DNA of 63,400 nt, counting the filler, from Ministeria vibrans ATCC 50519 (Eukaryota > Protista > Filasterea): assembly GCA_943704425.1 (NCBI GenBank). It is 4 parts of 4 records of this genome, joined end to end, with 100 filler letters (N's around TTAATTAATTAA, not from the genome) between each part and the next. Parts side by side here need not be neighbours in the genome. Positions count along the whole stretch, not along the records: positions 49,862 to 63,400 come from CALSCP010002505.1; 3 more parts are not named here. One strand, given 5' to 3'. Positions 49,981 to 63,400 of the stretch are shown in pieces. The notes beneath the pieces are model-generated. The model had not been told where the DNA came from. It did no database searches and worked only from the letters and a program-made list of their open reading frames with translations. The position numbers and the translations under genes were made by a program. How positions within the stretch are numbered: the first letter of the stretch is position 1; the number at the start of each line of letters is the position of its first letter.

Positions 49981-50904
49981 CTACTTGGACATGAGTTTTT
50001 GGGAGCAGGTGAGAAAGGGTAAGAGGAGGAGACCCAGCAAGGGCATGAGCGCGGCCGTCATGCCACCGCCGGCCGCAATCAGCCCCACCAGGGTCGTGCC
50101 GCGCTTTGTGGCAATCTGGAAGACGACTGGCTGAAATTGAAGTTCCGCGTACAGGTTTGGGGTGCCGGCTGAGCCTGGTGGGAGCAAGGTCCAGACGGAG
50201 ACGCCCGTCACAGCGTTGTTTTCGTACACTAACGTGCTGAACACCCCGTCGTCGACTATCAGACCCACAATGGAGGTGTTTAGAATGTCGTCGCCTCTCG
50301 TCGTCTTTAGAACACCGACATCGGCAAATGATATCTTGGCTGTCGTTGGGTCCTGAGCGATGGATCAGCGGTGCGATTTCTGTCGTGTTCTTGCTCACCT
50401 CTAATGTGATAGTCTCCTCTACTCCATTGGCGACCTCAATCGTTAGTGACGGTTCTATCCCGGTGACGAGGATCTAAAGATAGGGAGTGGGGATGAAAGA
50501 CGAATTGCGGCAAGAGCTGGATTTATACCGTGCACTTGGGTGCCGTTGAGCAAAGATAGCCAAACTGCGGGGTCGGGGACAGCGGGCGTGGCATCACTGT
50601 AGTGTCGACACTTTGAACGACAACGTCGACGTACTCGGAGACGATGATACCCCAGTAGGCGGCAGCCTGGAAGGAAAGAAAGTAGATGAGCTATTGTTAG
50701 TTCAAAACTGTACGAATCTGAGGAGGGTTTCGGGGGTGACGATACTCATGTACAACAGATGCAGATCATAGAGACTACTCTGGCGAGACTTCTTACCAAA
50801 GCAAGCCAGAGAAGGGCGAGAAAGACGCCTGTTTTGGTTGGACGCAACTGGACAACTCGCTTGTAGCTATCCAAAATGGACAAGCTTTTCCATAAGCAGC
50901 TCAT
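49981..50904 (-). CDS. Uncharacterised 2-TM membrane protein (one module), multi-exon
   Basis: LDSYKRVVQLRPTKTGVFLALLWLAL|AAAYWGIIVSEY ... KRGTTLVGLIAAGGGMTAALMPLLGLLLL. Confidence 0.65.
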
Positions 50905-51102
50905 ATCCTTAATTCCCTATGAGGTTGAGTGAAGAAAGAGTCTGGAATTTGGGAAGGGCAGGGGCTGGGAACTTATGATCAGAGAAATAGTTAGTGACAG
51001 TCACACAAATTCAAAACTCCTACCTCACCTCTCACTCGCCACCCCTCAGTCCCTCACCCCCACTCCAGCACCACTGATCACTCGCTCACCCATTGAACAC
51101 AC

Positions 51103-52874
51103 ATGCCAATAATCAGCGGCACAAAAAGCGCGTTTGATGTGTACCGTCGCAAAATCCCCCTCTCCTACACCACCGTCGGCGTCCTCCTCACTCTCCTCTG
51201 GCTCGCCCTCGCCCTTGGCTATTGGACTATTCTCGTTTTGGAGTACAATGCTGGCGCAAAGGGAGGCACCAGTCTCGAGGTAAAAATAACATCAACCCAT
51301 ACTTGAAATCTAAACTGTCCGTCCTCTCCTCTCAGACAACACACGAAGGGACCGGCACCCTGATGTTTCATTGCGAATGCAATCTGTACTGTCCAATCAT
51401 TGTGCAGACAAGCCAAACGCCGAGCGTCGTCTACAACGTCTCCACAGGAACAACGGCAACACTCTCTGTTCCTGTCGGTGCCTCCAGCATCACCTACACA
51501 TCCGCACCCTGCTCAGTACCAATACATCAACTGTCCTCCCCCATTTTTAATACTCTCCCCTCCTTTAGCAACTGGGCTATCTGTTGGACTCGCGCGGTGA
51601 TTTGCGACTGATCAATCTGATTGAACAGGCACAAAACTTCAACGAGTCCACCGCAACTCTTGTGCACGCCGTCAACGAAGTCACCAGCGAGGATTACTGG
51701 ACGCTCTCCGCGGAAGGAATCGGGGCGACCGCTTCACCAGTCAGCACTCACGATGTCCTCCTTACGGCAACAGCATTTGTCGAGCGTCGCACGCGCGGCG
51801 TTACCATCTTCCAACTCATCAGCAGTGGTGGTGGTATTACCATGGCTCTGCGTGGTCTCACAGGACTCCTTCTGGGTCCCTTCTTGGCACTCGTGTCGTA
51901 CTGCCGCCCGAGCAATCAGCGTGCCGTCGACGACAACGACAACGCGGAAACCAGCGAGGAGACAACCGCAGTACATTGGTGGCACAAGTTTGACCTGTAC
52001 CGCGGTGCTGTTGAGCTTTTCCCCACCTGGTCGGGCGTGGTGTTGTGTCTGGTCTGGCTGGGACTCAGTGGCGCCAACTGGTACCTGCTTGTCAATGGTC
52101 GTGTCTCGGGTACGGACATTGCAGTTGCATCGAGTTTCGACAGTGCTCGTGCGACCTTTTACACAATGGAGTGCCACTGTGTCGCCAACTGCACCTTCAC
52201 CATCGGCGGCAACCCCATCAACCCCAGCACGTTCATCACCCTTGACCATAGTGCCCCCCAGCTCAACTCAGTGACGACCGGCGACTCAATCATATCCCTC
52301 ACTTTGGGCCCTCTTGTCGATGGCACTTGTACCGACCAATCCCCTCGCGTCACCTTCACCTCACTCGTCTCCAACCGTCTCCAACTCGCCTACCAAGACC
52401 CCAACCTCATCTCACCGGGAAATATCACCTCCAAAACACTCTCAGTCGAACATATCACCTACGTCAACACTTCCAGCGAATTCCTCATCGACATTGCCCC
52501 TTCCCTCCGCTCCTTCCCCTTCACCACCACCCTCTTTCGCTCAACCCTCCTCGTCTCTGTCCAACGTTATTCTCTCACTGTCTTTCAGCTTCTTGGTGCT
52601 GGTGCTGGAATGACTGTTGCCCTCGTAAAAAAAACAATCAATATTCATCTCGTTTTTTTCCCCTCTCTTACACTTTTTTTTTGATTTTTTATAGATGGGC
52701 TTGGTAGGATTCTTGTTCCCACTTGTGCATTGGATGGAGGGTCGTGTGTGTGCGGGGGAGCACAACGGAAAGGACAAGGAATTTGATGGTGTTTCCATGG
52801 CAACGGATATTGCTCTGCAAGACGTCAAGACGTCGCATGATGTGTTGCAAACGGAGGACGAGGAGAACTCATAA
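51103..52874 (+). CDS. Uncharacterised membrane protein with two tandem 2-TM modules, paralogous to 49981-50904
   Basis: Module 1 FDVYRRKIPLSYTTVGVLLTLLWLAL...TIFQLISSGGGITMALRGL; module 2 FDLYRGAVELFPTWSGVVLCLVWLGL...TVFQLLGAGAGMTVALMGL. Splicing or frame near 51530-51600 unresolved. Confidence 0.65.
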
Positions 52875-53319
52875 ACTTATTTAAGACTGTACATTATAAA
52901 TTATTATCATGACAAACCCGTCATCGCAATTCATTAATGAAAAGCTCTGCAAAACAAATTTTAGTCTCGTCGGGAAAAACACTTTGGACTCATAACAAGA
53001 AAGTTGTCCCACTGCCTTGGCTTTGACAAGATTAACTCAATGCAGTCAACAAAGTGAAAGGTTCATATAATTTTTTACTGGTTCGAGACTTGCCTAAACA
53101 ATATAACATTCAATGACACGCTCAAATGCGGAGGCTGTATATGAAATGCACTGTCGTTCACGATCACTTTTACGAGAACCAACAGGTGCTCAAACTCAAT
53201 TAACAATTGTATTGTCTGACATATCCACCAACATTCAACAACAGACATCTACTGAAACAAACATTCAATTCTTAGTTATGCGCACAACTGTATTGTCTTA
53301 TCAACCAACAATCAAGAAC

Positions 53320-53580
53320 AGAACAGATCCGCGACATTCCCGTCAACGTCGACTGCGACCCACACACCTCCTGCCAGCTGTCCGTCAATCAAGACCGCTG
53401 CCTCTCCGCGCTCCCCCACACCTCCATGGCGCCCGTCGACTGCTCCACCGCCGTCCTCCCCAAACCCTTCCCCCGCCACCTGCGACGACCTTATCCAGGA
53501 ACCCAAGGCGAAACCGACGTCGACTGTGCCGGTCCCGTCTGCGCCGCCTGCGCCACCGGTGGTGCTGAACCTGTCGGTAG
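53320..53580 (+). pseudogene. Frameshifted fragment with a Cys-rich C.D...qGETDVDC.G..C..C repeat
   Basis: TCDDLIQ / QGETDVDCAGPVCAACATG split by a frameshift; no start codon or signal peptide seen. Confidence 0.45.
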
Positions 53581-53760
53581 GAGACAGTTTCCAAAAGAAG
53601 ACGACGATGTGAACACAACTATTTTAGACTCAAGCGGTCGCTTGGCAACGACAGTGTAACAAAATACAAAAACTGAATTTTTCAAACCAATTAATATCAA
53701 TCGAATAACTTTCTCTCTTCAGCCTTCCCCCTTCCCTCTTCTCTCTTTCAACGCCACACC

Positions 53761-56372
53761 ATGACTGACACTCTTTCCTGTGCCGTCACCATTGAGGTTC
53801 GGCCCAACGGCGCCCCCGTTTCACAGCGCATTCGCGGAGATGCCAAATCCACTTGCCGGTACGATAGATTCACAAGACGCCCTCTGCTGTCCACGTCCGG
53901 GGCTGCACCCGGTAGCACACCGCGACTGTAGTAATGCTTTGCGAAGCAGCATGGGTTTAAAGCTGAAGAATCTGAGTTTGCAACAACCGGCGTTTTGAAA
54001 ATATTGCACTGGTTTGAAGTTTTTTCCTGCCAAATCCATCAACAGAGAGCCATGTGCTGCAGTCCAACCGCGCCATGGCACACACGCATGCTGTTTAAAC
54101 GTTATCCCATTGAAAGCGGGCGGCGTCGGCGGCGCGTTAGAGCTGATTTGGGGGTTGTTTGACTGGTGTAGTGTGGGTCGACAGAATGGACTTCTTTCGC
54201 TTCGCTTTGTTGTCTGTGGCCGCGAACACGTCGTGCCGCTGCACTCGGGTGCTGTCACGGTCCACAAGCGCCTCTTGGCTGCAGAAGGAAGAGCCTCCGT
54301 CTGCGCATCGACTGAGCGCAAATCGTTTCAGGTGAGAAATGCGATTTTCTGTTGATAGTAGTGTTGTTATTATTACGAATACATCGTAAAATCTACATTT
54401 GAACGGCTTTGCTTAAGCACTTACACTCTCTTGTTTTTAGGTTATGTTCCACGCTCCAAATGATCGACTTGACTTGGAAAAATTTATTCAATTGATCGTG
54501 TGCAAATCAGTGAGCGACCAACACAAGGAGAAGAAACGACGCGCCGAGGAGCAAGAGGAGGAGCGAAAGAAAGGCGAGAATGGAGGAGGAGGAGGAGGAG
54601 GAGGAGGCAAGCGGTTCAAGAAGGAACAGCGACGCGAGACACTAATGGGCGGACCGAGCGCCTTCGATGAAATCAGTCCGTTCTCCGCTCAAGAGCGACG
54701 CGCCATGAGTGCCATGGGGTCGGCAGTACGTGCGTTTGAGAAGGAGAATGTGCAAGGACGCGCTCTTTTTGCAGTCGGCACTAAAGGTCTCTTGCGGGCA
54801 CGCCATCCATCGAGTGCCTCCTCGTCGGCCGCCAAGAACGGGGTGTGGCAAGCACAGCAGCAACAACAGCAGCAACGACAACTTAAACCACAGGTAGAAG
54901 CGGAACACACGCTGACACCAGAGCAACAGTTGGTCATAGACACTGTGCGAAGCGGTGCCTCCGTGCTCGTGACCGGGAGTGCGGGCACAGGAAAGTCATG
55001 GCTCCTTCATCGTGTCATGCACACTCTCGCCCGCCAAAAGGGCACTGCTGTCATGGCTCCCACTGGAATCGCTGCTTGCAACATTGGGTACACATCAATA
55101 GCACTCAATGATAGCAACACGCTTGAAGAAATCGAAATAATGCTAATAATAATTATACATAGGGGCACTACTGTACACCAGTTTTGCGGCTTTTTCGATC
55201 CATTGAGTGAGCTCGAAGAGTGTCTGCGTAAAGTGCGATGCAACACGGCCGCTCTGCAGCGCTGGAGGTCCTCACGTACTCTAATTGTCGACGAAGTCTC
55301 AATGCTCAGTGCCACAATGCTTCAGGTTCGCACTCTCCCCCCACCGCCAAAAAAAAAAAAAAAAAGAAAAGAAAGCAGACTATGCATTACTCTATGTTGT
55401 AGTTTGAGTCAGATTAAAAATATAACTTTTCTTGATGTTTAGCGAATGGATGAGGTTGCGCGTGCGCTGCGCAACACCGAAGCGCCCTTTGGTGGGCTTC
55501 AGATGGTCTTCTTTGGTGATTTCTTCCAGCTTCCACCGGTGATTACGCGCGCAGAGCGACAACACACCCGACTCGTGTTTGCGTTTGAGAGTGTCGCGTG
55601 GGCTGCGCTTGCTCCGCGCGTGTTCCAACTGACGGCTGTGTTTCGACAGCAGGGCGATGCGGAGTTTATTGAGTTGTTGCAGGCGGTGCGGAAGGGACGC
55701 GTGGAGGAGCGCCATGTGCAGCTGCTGCGTCGCAGTGGTGCCGGGGCTGACAACAACAGTCGTTGCAAGAGCACCACGCGACTGTGCACGCATGTGAGTC
55801 AGGTGCAGACAATCAATGAGGCAGCGCTGAAGGAGCAGCTTGAAATGCTTGATGACGACCCTGCGGCGCGCACCTTCGATGCCCACGACTCGCAGACGAG
55901 CGCCTCGGCCACAGCGAGCCTCGACCGTGCCACGCCTGTCCCTGCGCGTCTCCAGCTGTGCCGTGGTGCTCAAGTGATGCTTGTGCGCAACGCAAACACA
56001 CGTCTGGGTCTCGTCAACGGTGCGCGCGGCGTTGTTGTTGGGTTCACTCGCTCACTAGGACTCCCCATTGTGCGCTTTTCGCTTCCCTCTGGTCCATATG
56101 AGGCGACGGTAGGCCCCGAGACATTCACAGTGGGCTCTCTATCGCGACGCCAGCTTCCCCTTGCACTCGCATGGGCCGTGTCAATCCACAAGTCGCAAGG
56201 AATGGCCTTGAACAGTCTTGAAGTCGATCTCAAGCACGTCTTTGAGGCTGGACAGGCGTACGTGGCCCTCTCACGCGCCACCTCCCTCAGCGCACTCACC
56301 GTCACTGACTTTGAACCGGATGCTGTTCGTGCACACCCCAAGGTCATTGCGTTTTATCAGGATGTATTGTAG
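53761..56372 (+). CDS. PIF1: PIF1 5'-3' DNA helicase
   Basis: TGSAGTGKS, APTGIAACNIGGTTVH, IVDEVSM, PFGGLQMVFFGDFFQLPPV, QLPLALAWAVSIHKSQGMAL, GQAYVALSRA. Confidence 0.95.
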
Positions 56373-56514
56373 ACAAAAGAGAAAAAGAAAAATATAATTG
56401 TATAAGGGTTCACACCGCAAAAAAGGATCAAGAGCGACACAGAAGAGAAAGAGAGAGATCGAGGGAGAGAGAGAGAGAGAGAGAGGCATAAAGGAAACGC
56501 TAAAGAAGAGGCGT

Positions 56515-56665
56515 CTACTCCGTTGGGGCCTGCACTGCCTCCTTGCCCTTCTTCTTCTTCTTCTTGTACAGCTCAGCATACGCTCCCTTAGCACACAGAC
56601 AAAAGACACAAATAAGAGTCAAAAAAAAGGAAGAGAGAGAAAGAGAGAGAGAGTGTGCGTGTGCG

Positions 56666-56708
<43 letters not shown>

Positions 56709-58904
56709 TGATTACCTGGAGAATCGGGTACGGAATGGCGAGTTCAAAAGTGCCAGCGGTAAGGAAGGCACTCTCCTCGACAAACTTGTGGAGAATGGTG
56801 AAAAGCGACTCGAGTTCTTCTGGACGGTCCTTAGCCTTCTCATGCGTAGCTGCATTGAGCAATCCGGCAGACGCAACCTGTGACAAGGAGTCGTGAGCAA
56901 TCGATGTTGCTGTTTTTATTTGAAAGTGAGTGAACTTACTCGAAGGAACTCGGTTTGACCCTCAGCGATGCGCGTGTCGTTGCCCGAAGTGATGACAAGA
57001 AGTGTTGACGAGAGCTTGTTGATAGCAGTAGCCACGCAATGTGCGTTGTTGTCAAGTGCTATAAGGAAATTAAAATTATTATATTTTTCAGTTTCATGCG
57101 TGGTGTAGGAGTGTTACCTTCAAGAGAGGGTTTGTAGGAGGTTTCCTTGGTCATCAAAGAGGGCAGAGAGACAGCGTAGAAGTATAGAAGTGCCATCCAC
57201 ACCTTCTCGTCTTGTTGTGGGTTCTCTACAAAAATACACACACGGCAGTCAGTCACCCAAAATGTGATGGGTACGAAAATGTTACGGCAAAGGGGCGCAA
57301 GGGCCTCTCTGAGCAGCGGATCAACTTCACACTCGAGGCCAGCAGCGGTGGCAAGACGGTCAAGTGCTTGAGGATCACTGCCCATCACATACTGTCGCAT
57401 GTCACTACAGCCAAGAAGACGATGTAATGAGAAGGAGAAGAACAATACGACGTTGTGTGTGCTTTGTAACATACTTGACACAGCGTGAGACAAATGGGAC
57501 GTGATTGTGTGTGACAGCGCGTTGGGCGCGCATGAGCAGCTGGCGAAAGCACAAAGTGTAGCCAACAAATACAGTGCGCTGCATCAGCTCGTCCGTCTGC
57601 TTCAGTCGCTTCACGTTCTCTTGGCACTTTTGTGTTTCTTGCCACTCCTGACACACAAAGTAAATCACATAGAGAAAGGATAGAGAAAGAAACAAAGAAG
57701 AAAGAGAAAAAATAATAAACAAAGAGATAGAGGGAGAAAGAGACACAAAAAGAATAGTGAGTTGAATGTACTGCAGTGTAGTAAACAAGAGGTATTAGTA
57801 AATTTATACCTGGATGAGAGCTGAGAGAGCATCTGAGTTGGTGATGACCAGTCCTTTGATTTGTTGCACTTCGTTGGCAATCAGACGCAGAAGACGTTCG
57901 TCAATGCTGCGCACTCCATAGGGCCCAATGAGTTCACACAACGCGCGCAGTTCTACAAACCAAGCGATTTTAAAAATCGAGCGCGCACAAACCAATTTTT
58001 TTAATATAAAATTAATATAATTCATACCGTTCTGGTCAAGGTAGTCTTCGGCACGGACAGTGGCGGCAGGGTCACTGACAAAGGACATGCGCAGGGGAGA
58101 GTAAGTGTAGTTGCCGGATGACATGAGGCGGTTGAAGAAGTCCAGGTACCACGATCTATGGGAAGAGAGGTGTTGTGAGTGTGTGAGGGTGCGTCCATGT
58201 TTCTGTGAGGCGCGCGAGAAGCACATGCACTGGTCGGTTTTCATACCCATAAGCAGTGGTAAGGGTCACTTTGCCGTTTTTGTCTTTGGTCTGAGACTGC
58301 GATAGGAGCGTGTCGACAAAGATGTCAGGCAATTGCACATCAACTGCAGAAATAGAAAAGGTGTTTGAGAGAGCTGGGAAGGCGAGCGGGAGAGATGAGA
58401 GACAGCAAGCACGTACTGTATTTGCTGACGGTGGCGAGACCGGTCATGTAGGCACGGACACTCTGAAGAAACTGCGAAGGACGCGTGATCTTCTGCTCGG
58501 AAGGGTTGTACTGAAGCAACTTTTCAAGAGCCTATTGAAATAATAAAAACAAAAATGTAAATGAAAAGTAAACGCAACAAACAAAACGTACCGCCTTGAA
58601 AGTGGTCTCAATGGTGTCAATGAGATACTCGCGTGGACACAGCTCAGTGTTGTACACTGTGATCACTTGGTGGAATTCCATGCCCCACATGAGCTCAACA
58701 AGACGACCTTTAATCATAGTCATCCTAAAGAGAGAGGGATAGAGAGGTGGGGAATTGGTATTAATTTTGTGTCTGGGTACACCGTTGCAACAAGGCAAGT
58801 TCCTTACTGGTCCATCTTTCCTTCTGTGACTTGTCGATTACGATCCGCCGTCACAGTCGGTTGACCTTTGCGCTGAGATTGCACGCTGAAAATAGGTAAA
58901 GTCT

Positions 58905-58946
<42 letters not shown>

Positions 58947-60412
58947 GTAAGGGGGACACGTCACGATTTTGTTCTTCTATTTGTTACTTCGTAGGAAAAC
59001 TTGACATGTTCCATGCAGAAACGGTCGATGATCTTGCCACAGACCTGAGAGACGTGTTCCAGGAAGTGTACAGCCATGCGCACGCAGTGCTTTCCAATGT
59101 GTGGTTTCTACACACAATGAAGAAGAAAGATTAGAATAACAACAAAACGTGATGAAAGGTGTACCTCTTCTGGGAGAAAATCGTGCGTGGCTTCGGTGAA
59201 GGATGAAGTGGCCGCGGCAAACGAGATAGCATAGCGAGCCTTGATGGGAAATGGCGAATAAAAAAAGTGAGAAAACTCTTTGCTGTTGGTACTATTTACC
59301 TGGTTGCCTTGGCTGACTGCTCTGTCAAAGTGCGCACTAAGGACACCACGATGAAAACCCAGCTGCGACACATCGCTGGTGTAGCGCAGCAGACCAAATA
59401 GACCATCGACGGCGAGTGCATGGAAAACAATCGTGTTCATGCGCTTTGCAAGAGCGACATTTTCATTGAGAGGCAAAGGCGATTCACGCACGCTGTGATA
59501 CAGTGGCAAGAGGAAAATTGAGTTAGCAAAATGGCGACAGAGAGGCAAAATTCTGTTACCTCATCATGGCCTGAAGACGCGTCCAGTCCATACGGAGACC
59601 CAGAAGGTCGCTCTGGTCCAGCGTCATCGGGTCACTGATAAGATCAAGATTGCGCATAAACGATGTGAGCAGCTGCGACTCCTACAAAAAAAGAAGAAGA
59701 AGAAATCAAAACAAAACTTACCAAGACACGTTCTCTCTCTCATCATGTTCATACGAGTTCTGGTGCAGGCATTGTCTGGATAATGGCCTGAAGAGCAACG
59801 CGATCGTAACCACCGAGGTATTCGAGGTAGTAGGCGCGCACTGTGGAAGTGTGATCGAGGCAAAACTGGCGCAACGACACGACCAAGTGGAGCAGCTCGG
59901 GCAGTTGCGGATCAAGGAACATGTCGTCCTTTGCCTTGGCCTATCGTACAAAATCGATTTAGAGGAGTCATAAAGAACAATCTCATCAATTATTATTATT
60001 ATACTACCTTGTACTTTGCCGGGACCTTTTCGCGGTCCTGGTGACGGCAGTACCAGTAAATCTCATCGCGAGCAAAACAGAGGGCTTGAAGAAGAGTGAC
60101 GAGTTTGGGGCCGAGCAGAGCGGGTTTCTCACGGAAGACAAGGTCGAGTTCGCGCAGAGTGTGACGCGCAAACTCACGACGCTCGCGATGAAAGTTGGCC
60201 GACAGACCCAGCACATTGCCCATGAGCTCTTGCACCACACTGTGCTGCTTTTTCAGTTTCACTCCGCCGCGATTGTACGAGCCAAACGACTTTTCAAATT
60301 CCTCAAAAATCGGCAGAGTCTCCTCACGAAACAGCGGCAAAAAGTATCCGTCCATCAAAGCCGCTTTCAAAAGCTACCAAAACAAAAAACGGTAAAGTGA
60401 GTCAAACAAGAA

Positions 60413-60450
<38 letters not shown>

Positions 60451-62049
60451 GGTGTATATATGTCTGACTAACCTGCATGGGACGACCATCGTTGACTTCG
60501 TGGGGCACACAGAGATATCCAAGACAAATATATTGGGTCATGGCCTCCATGCTGAGCATCGTCATGCGTTCACTTGCGCACTGCGTCGGCTCGCACAGAT
60601 GACTACTGTCCGAAATGAGCGACAAGACCTGAACAAGCGGAAGACGCAATATTAGCGCTGAGAGGGTAACAAAAGAGTACAGCATACCTTCTCTTTGCGG
60701 AGGGCATCGGCGGTGACGTGCGAACGGACGTAGTGTTCGGCAAGACAACCGACAGAGCCTGCAACAATCTTGGAGATGGGGTACATGCGCGACTGAATCC
60801 ACGGGATGACAGGGTCCATCTCAATGAGCCATTGCGACACTCGACCGTACATCACTTCCATCTGTCCGCCATTCATCATGACGTGCGTGGTGCCATACAG
60901 GGCACAGACCATGCGACGGTCTTCGAATCGACTCAACAGGTCAAAGCACTGGAAAAAAGTCACGACCAGATCGAGGAAGTACTTTACCATGTCAAAGTTG
61001 GCAAAGATGCTATAAAGAGGACAAGAAAAAAGAGAAGAGTGAGCAAGAAGAGGGTGAATATTGCATGCAGGAGTCTTGTGCAAGGCTCTGTTGCAGGCAG
61101 GCCACGGTGCATGGAAAGGCGCTTACTCGACAACGGCAATGTTGCCTGCCATGGAGCCCATCAATTCGGTGGCGGCGTCGTGGAAATCCAGCAGATCCAG
61201 GAACAGCTCGTAGTGAGGACGGAGGTTGTTGAAGATCTCTGTCTTGCGAGAAAAGATCTGGCCGGCTGCCGCCTACGCAAAGCGCCAAAATGGAAAGAGC
61301 AATGACACAACACACAAACAAAAAAAAACGGTTTAGCATTTTGCGTCTTTGTCCTATGTTTCGCACCCTTTGGGCATCAATTTGAGGGAATTTCTTGACG
61401 ACATCCTTGATTGGCCCGTGCAAGCTCTTGTCCGCCAGGAATTCCGGCCTCAGTTGCTCAACACTATAAGTCTGCAATTTTTTTTTGGTTGTTAGCAGAA
61501 AACCCCAAAGTCGACAAACTCAGCAAAAAAAGGCAGAAGGGAAGGGGAAAAGGCAGGGCGGGGGTGCAGCATTGGCACGTGGCTACAGCAAGCGCCACTG
61601 ACGGGCCTGCGACGAGAGCGGCGCGGGATGGGAAGAGAGAGAGACGAGAAATCGACGAGAGATGTGTTTTGAACTCAAAAAAGAGAGACACAGGAGAGCA
61701 GTGGAGAGACACTTGGGGCAGAGGGGGCAGCAGAGTGGACGAAGGGTGCGCGGGGCAAGCGATTCCTGACGAGAGGACAGTGGAACGACCGAAACAGAGA
61801 CAAAAAAAAGAACCGTCGACGTTTTTTTTTTTTTTTTTTTCCTTTAGTCTTTTTTTTTTTTTTCTTCTTCTCTCTCAAAGATGGCAGTTCTGCGGCATTG
61901 CGTCGGTGCATGCGTGCAAGGACACAGGCAGACGCGGTCCGTGCGGGCCGGCATACCTGCTTCACATTGTACAGGCGCGTTAAGACTCCCGCTCCGTGAT
62001 TGTTCACAATGCGCAGCTTCTCCGCGTATTTGTGCGTAGCGTGCGCCAT
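56515..62049 (-). CDS. NCKAP1: Nck-associated protein 1 (Nap1/HEM), WAVE regulatory complex subunit, many exons
   Basis: KYAEKLRIVNNHGAGVLTRLYNVK, VKKFPQID, FHRERREFARHTLREL...PALLGPK, ELRALCELIGPYGVR, LHKFVEESAFLT...IPYPIL. Confidence 0.93.
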
Positions 62050-62316
62050 TGCTCCCACCTAGGTTGACACTAGCGCGAGGGAATAGACGGGCAAATAAAA
62101 ATTGTGATGATCACTGATCACAAATGAAGAGTAAAGACCAAAGTTATTATTATGAGGAGTTGCATCGAGTTTGTTTCAAGTTATGACTACAACGTACAAA
62201 GAGGACAGTTAGAACTTTAGAAGGAAGAAAAGAGTGTACAATTAACAATAATAATAATAATAATTATAATAAAATTTAATAATAATAATAATATAAGAAA
62301 TTATTACATTACATAT

Positions 62317-63235
62317 TTACATGGAAGTCTCAATGGCTTGCAGGCGCTCGACAATAGCAGCAAATGAAGGGCGTTGAGAAAGTCGCTCGCTCCAACACTG
62401 CGTTGTCAACTCGATGTATTCGTGTGGACAATTCTATAGCAAGCGTGAGAAAAGAGTCCATAACAATGGTCGTTCTTTGTCTTACGTTCATTGCGGTGAT
62501 TGGCGGCCTCATTCCTGAGATCACTTGAGGCTCAATCTGAAATAGGTCGACACTTTCGTACGGAAGTTTGCGAGTCCAAACTATAGAAGAGAGGGAAAGA
62601 AAGAAAACAAGAGACAAAGTGATAGAGAGAGAGAGAGAAAGCGAAAGCGAGATAAAGCGAGAACAAAGTGATAAAGAAAACAAATGATACAACATTAAAG
62701 CATTTCTTTCTTCTTGTTTGGGTTGTAGATTACTCTCCCAGAGCACAATTCCATAGGAATAGACATCGGAATGAGTTGAAAATGGCTCTCCCTTGAGCGT
62801 TTCGGGGCTCTTCCACAGTAATGTGCCAATGCCCTCGGTGCGCACAGAGCCCTGAAGTCTCTCGTCAATGCTCCGCTTATCAGTCTGCACCTGCTGCTGT
62901 TGCTGTTGTTGGACTCGCACTGTTTGCAGGTTGAGGTGTTGCAGATCCATCAGCTTGCTCGTCCCAAAATCACCCACCGTGACAACCCAACGTTCGCTCA
63001 CAAGGAGATTAGGTGTCTGAAAAACATAGAAGAAGAGAGAGGAATCAACAGAGGTATTTTGAATGAATGTGATATGTGTATTACTTTGAGATCGCGATGG
63101 ACTCGAGGCGGATCCAATTGGTGAAGAAATCGCATCCCTTTGGCTGCATCAAGTGCAAAGCGGATGGCCATTGCACTGTCAATGTCGTTGGATGGATCAT
63201 CCAGTAGCTTTCGCAGTGATCCGCGACTCATGTAC
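62317..63235 (-). CDS. Tyrosine kinase-like (TKL) protein kinase, 3' part; continues beyond the window
   Basis: YMSRGSL, DAAKGMRFLHQLDPPRVHRDLK, VGDFGTS, IGTLLWKSPE, SDVYSYGIVLWE, CWSERLSQRPSF. Confidence 0.9.
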
Positions 63236-63274
63236 TCACTACATTGAGTGAGTATAATAATAAGAAGTCAAAGT

Positions 63275-63400
63275 TTGAGAGAGAGAGAAAAAGAAAGAAA
63301 CAAAGTGATAGAGAGAGAGGAGAAAGAAACAAAGTGATAGAGAGAGAGGAGAAAGAAACAAAGTGATAGAGAGAGAGGAGAAAGAAACAAAGTGATAGAG
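63275..63400. repeat. Intronic minisatellite AGAAACAAAGTGATAGAGAGAGAGGAGAA
   Basis: Four tandem copies; the same core occurs at 17380-17500, near 44720 and near 62610. Confidence 0.8.

Overview
Gene-dense, short-intron eukaryotic DNA, probably from a flagellated protist with an animal-like gene set (RIB43A, NCKAP1, BLOC1S5, USP8; the lineage is an inference). Four contig pieces are joined by N-TTAATTAATTAA-N spacers. Housekeeping genes: degenerate MDH, USP8, GRHPR-like (partial), Ku80, acid ceramidase/NAAA, IMPDH, ABCD, G6P 1-epimerase, BLOC1S5, NEMF, NLE1, RIB43A, PIF1, NCKAP1 and a partial TKL kinase. There is also a giant EGF/LamG receptor, a head-to-head pair of 2-TM-module membrane proteins, and two clusters of nested retrotransposon debris. 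The top finding is an LRR-Roc-COR-caspase-like gene (30280-35111, minus). Its post-LRR loop appears to be encoded by 13 consecutive 3-nt micro-exons. Nine of them are the variable spacers of an 89-bp tandem array whose constant part is an 86-nt GT-AG intron, which suggests a codon-level receptor-diversification system. The second finding is an elongator tRNA-Met gene with two introns, one at the non-canonical D-stem position 24/25 with a bulge-helix-bulge-like motif. All exon models were made by hand and are unverified by RNA data.
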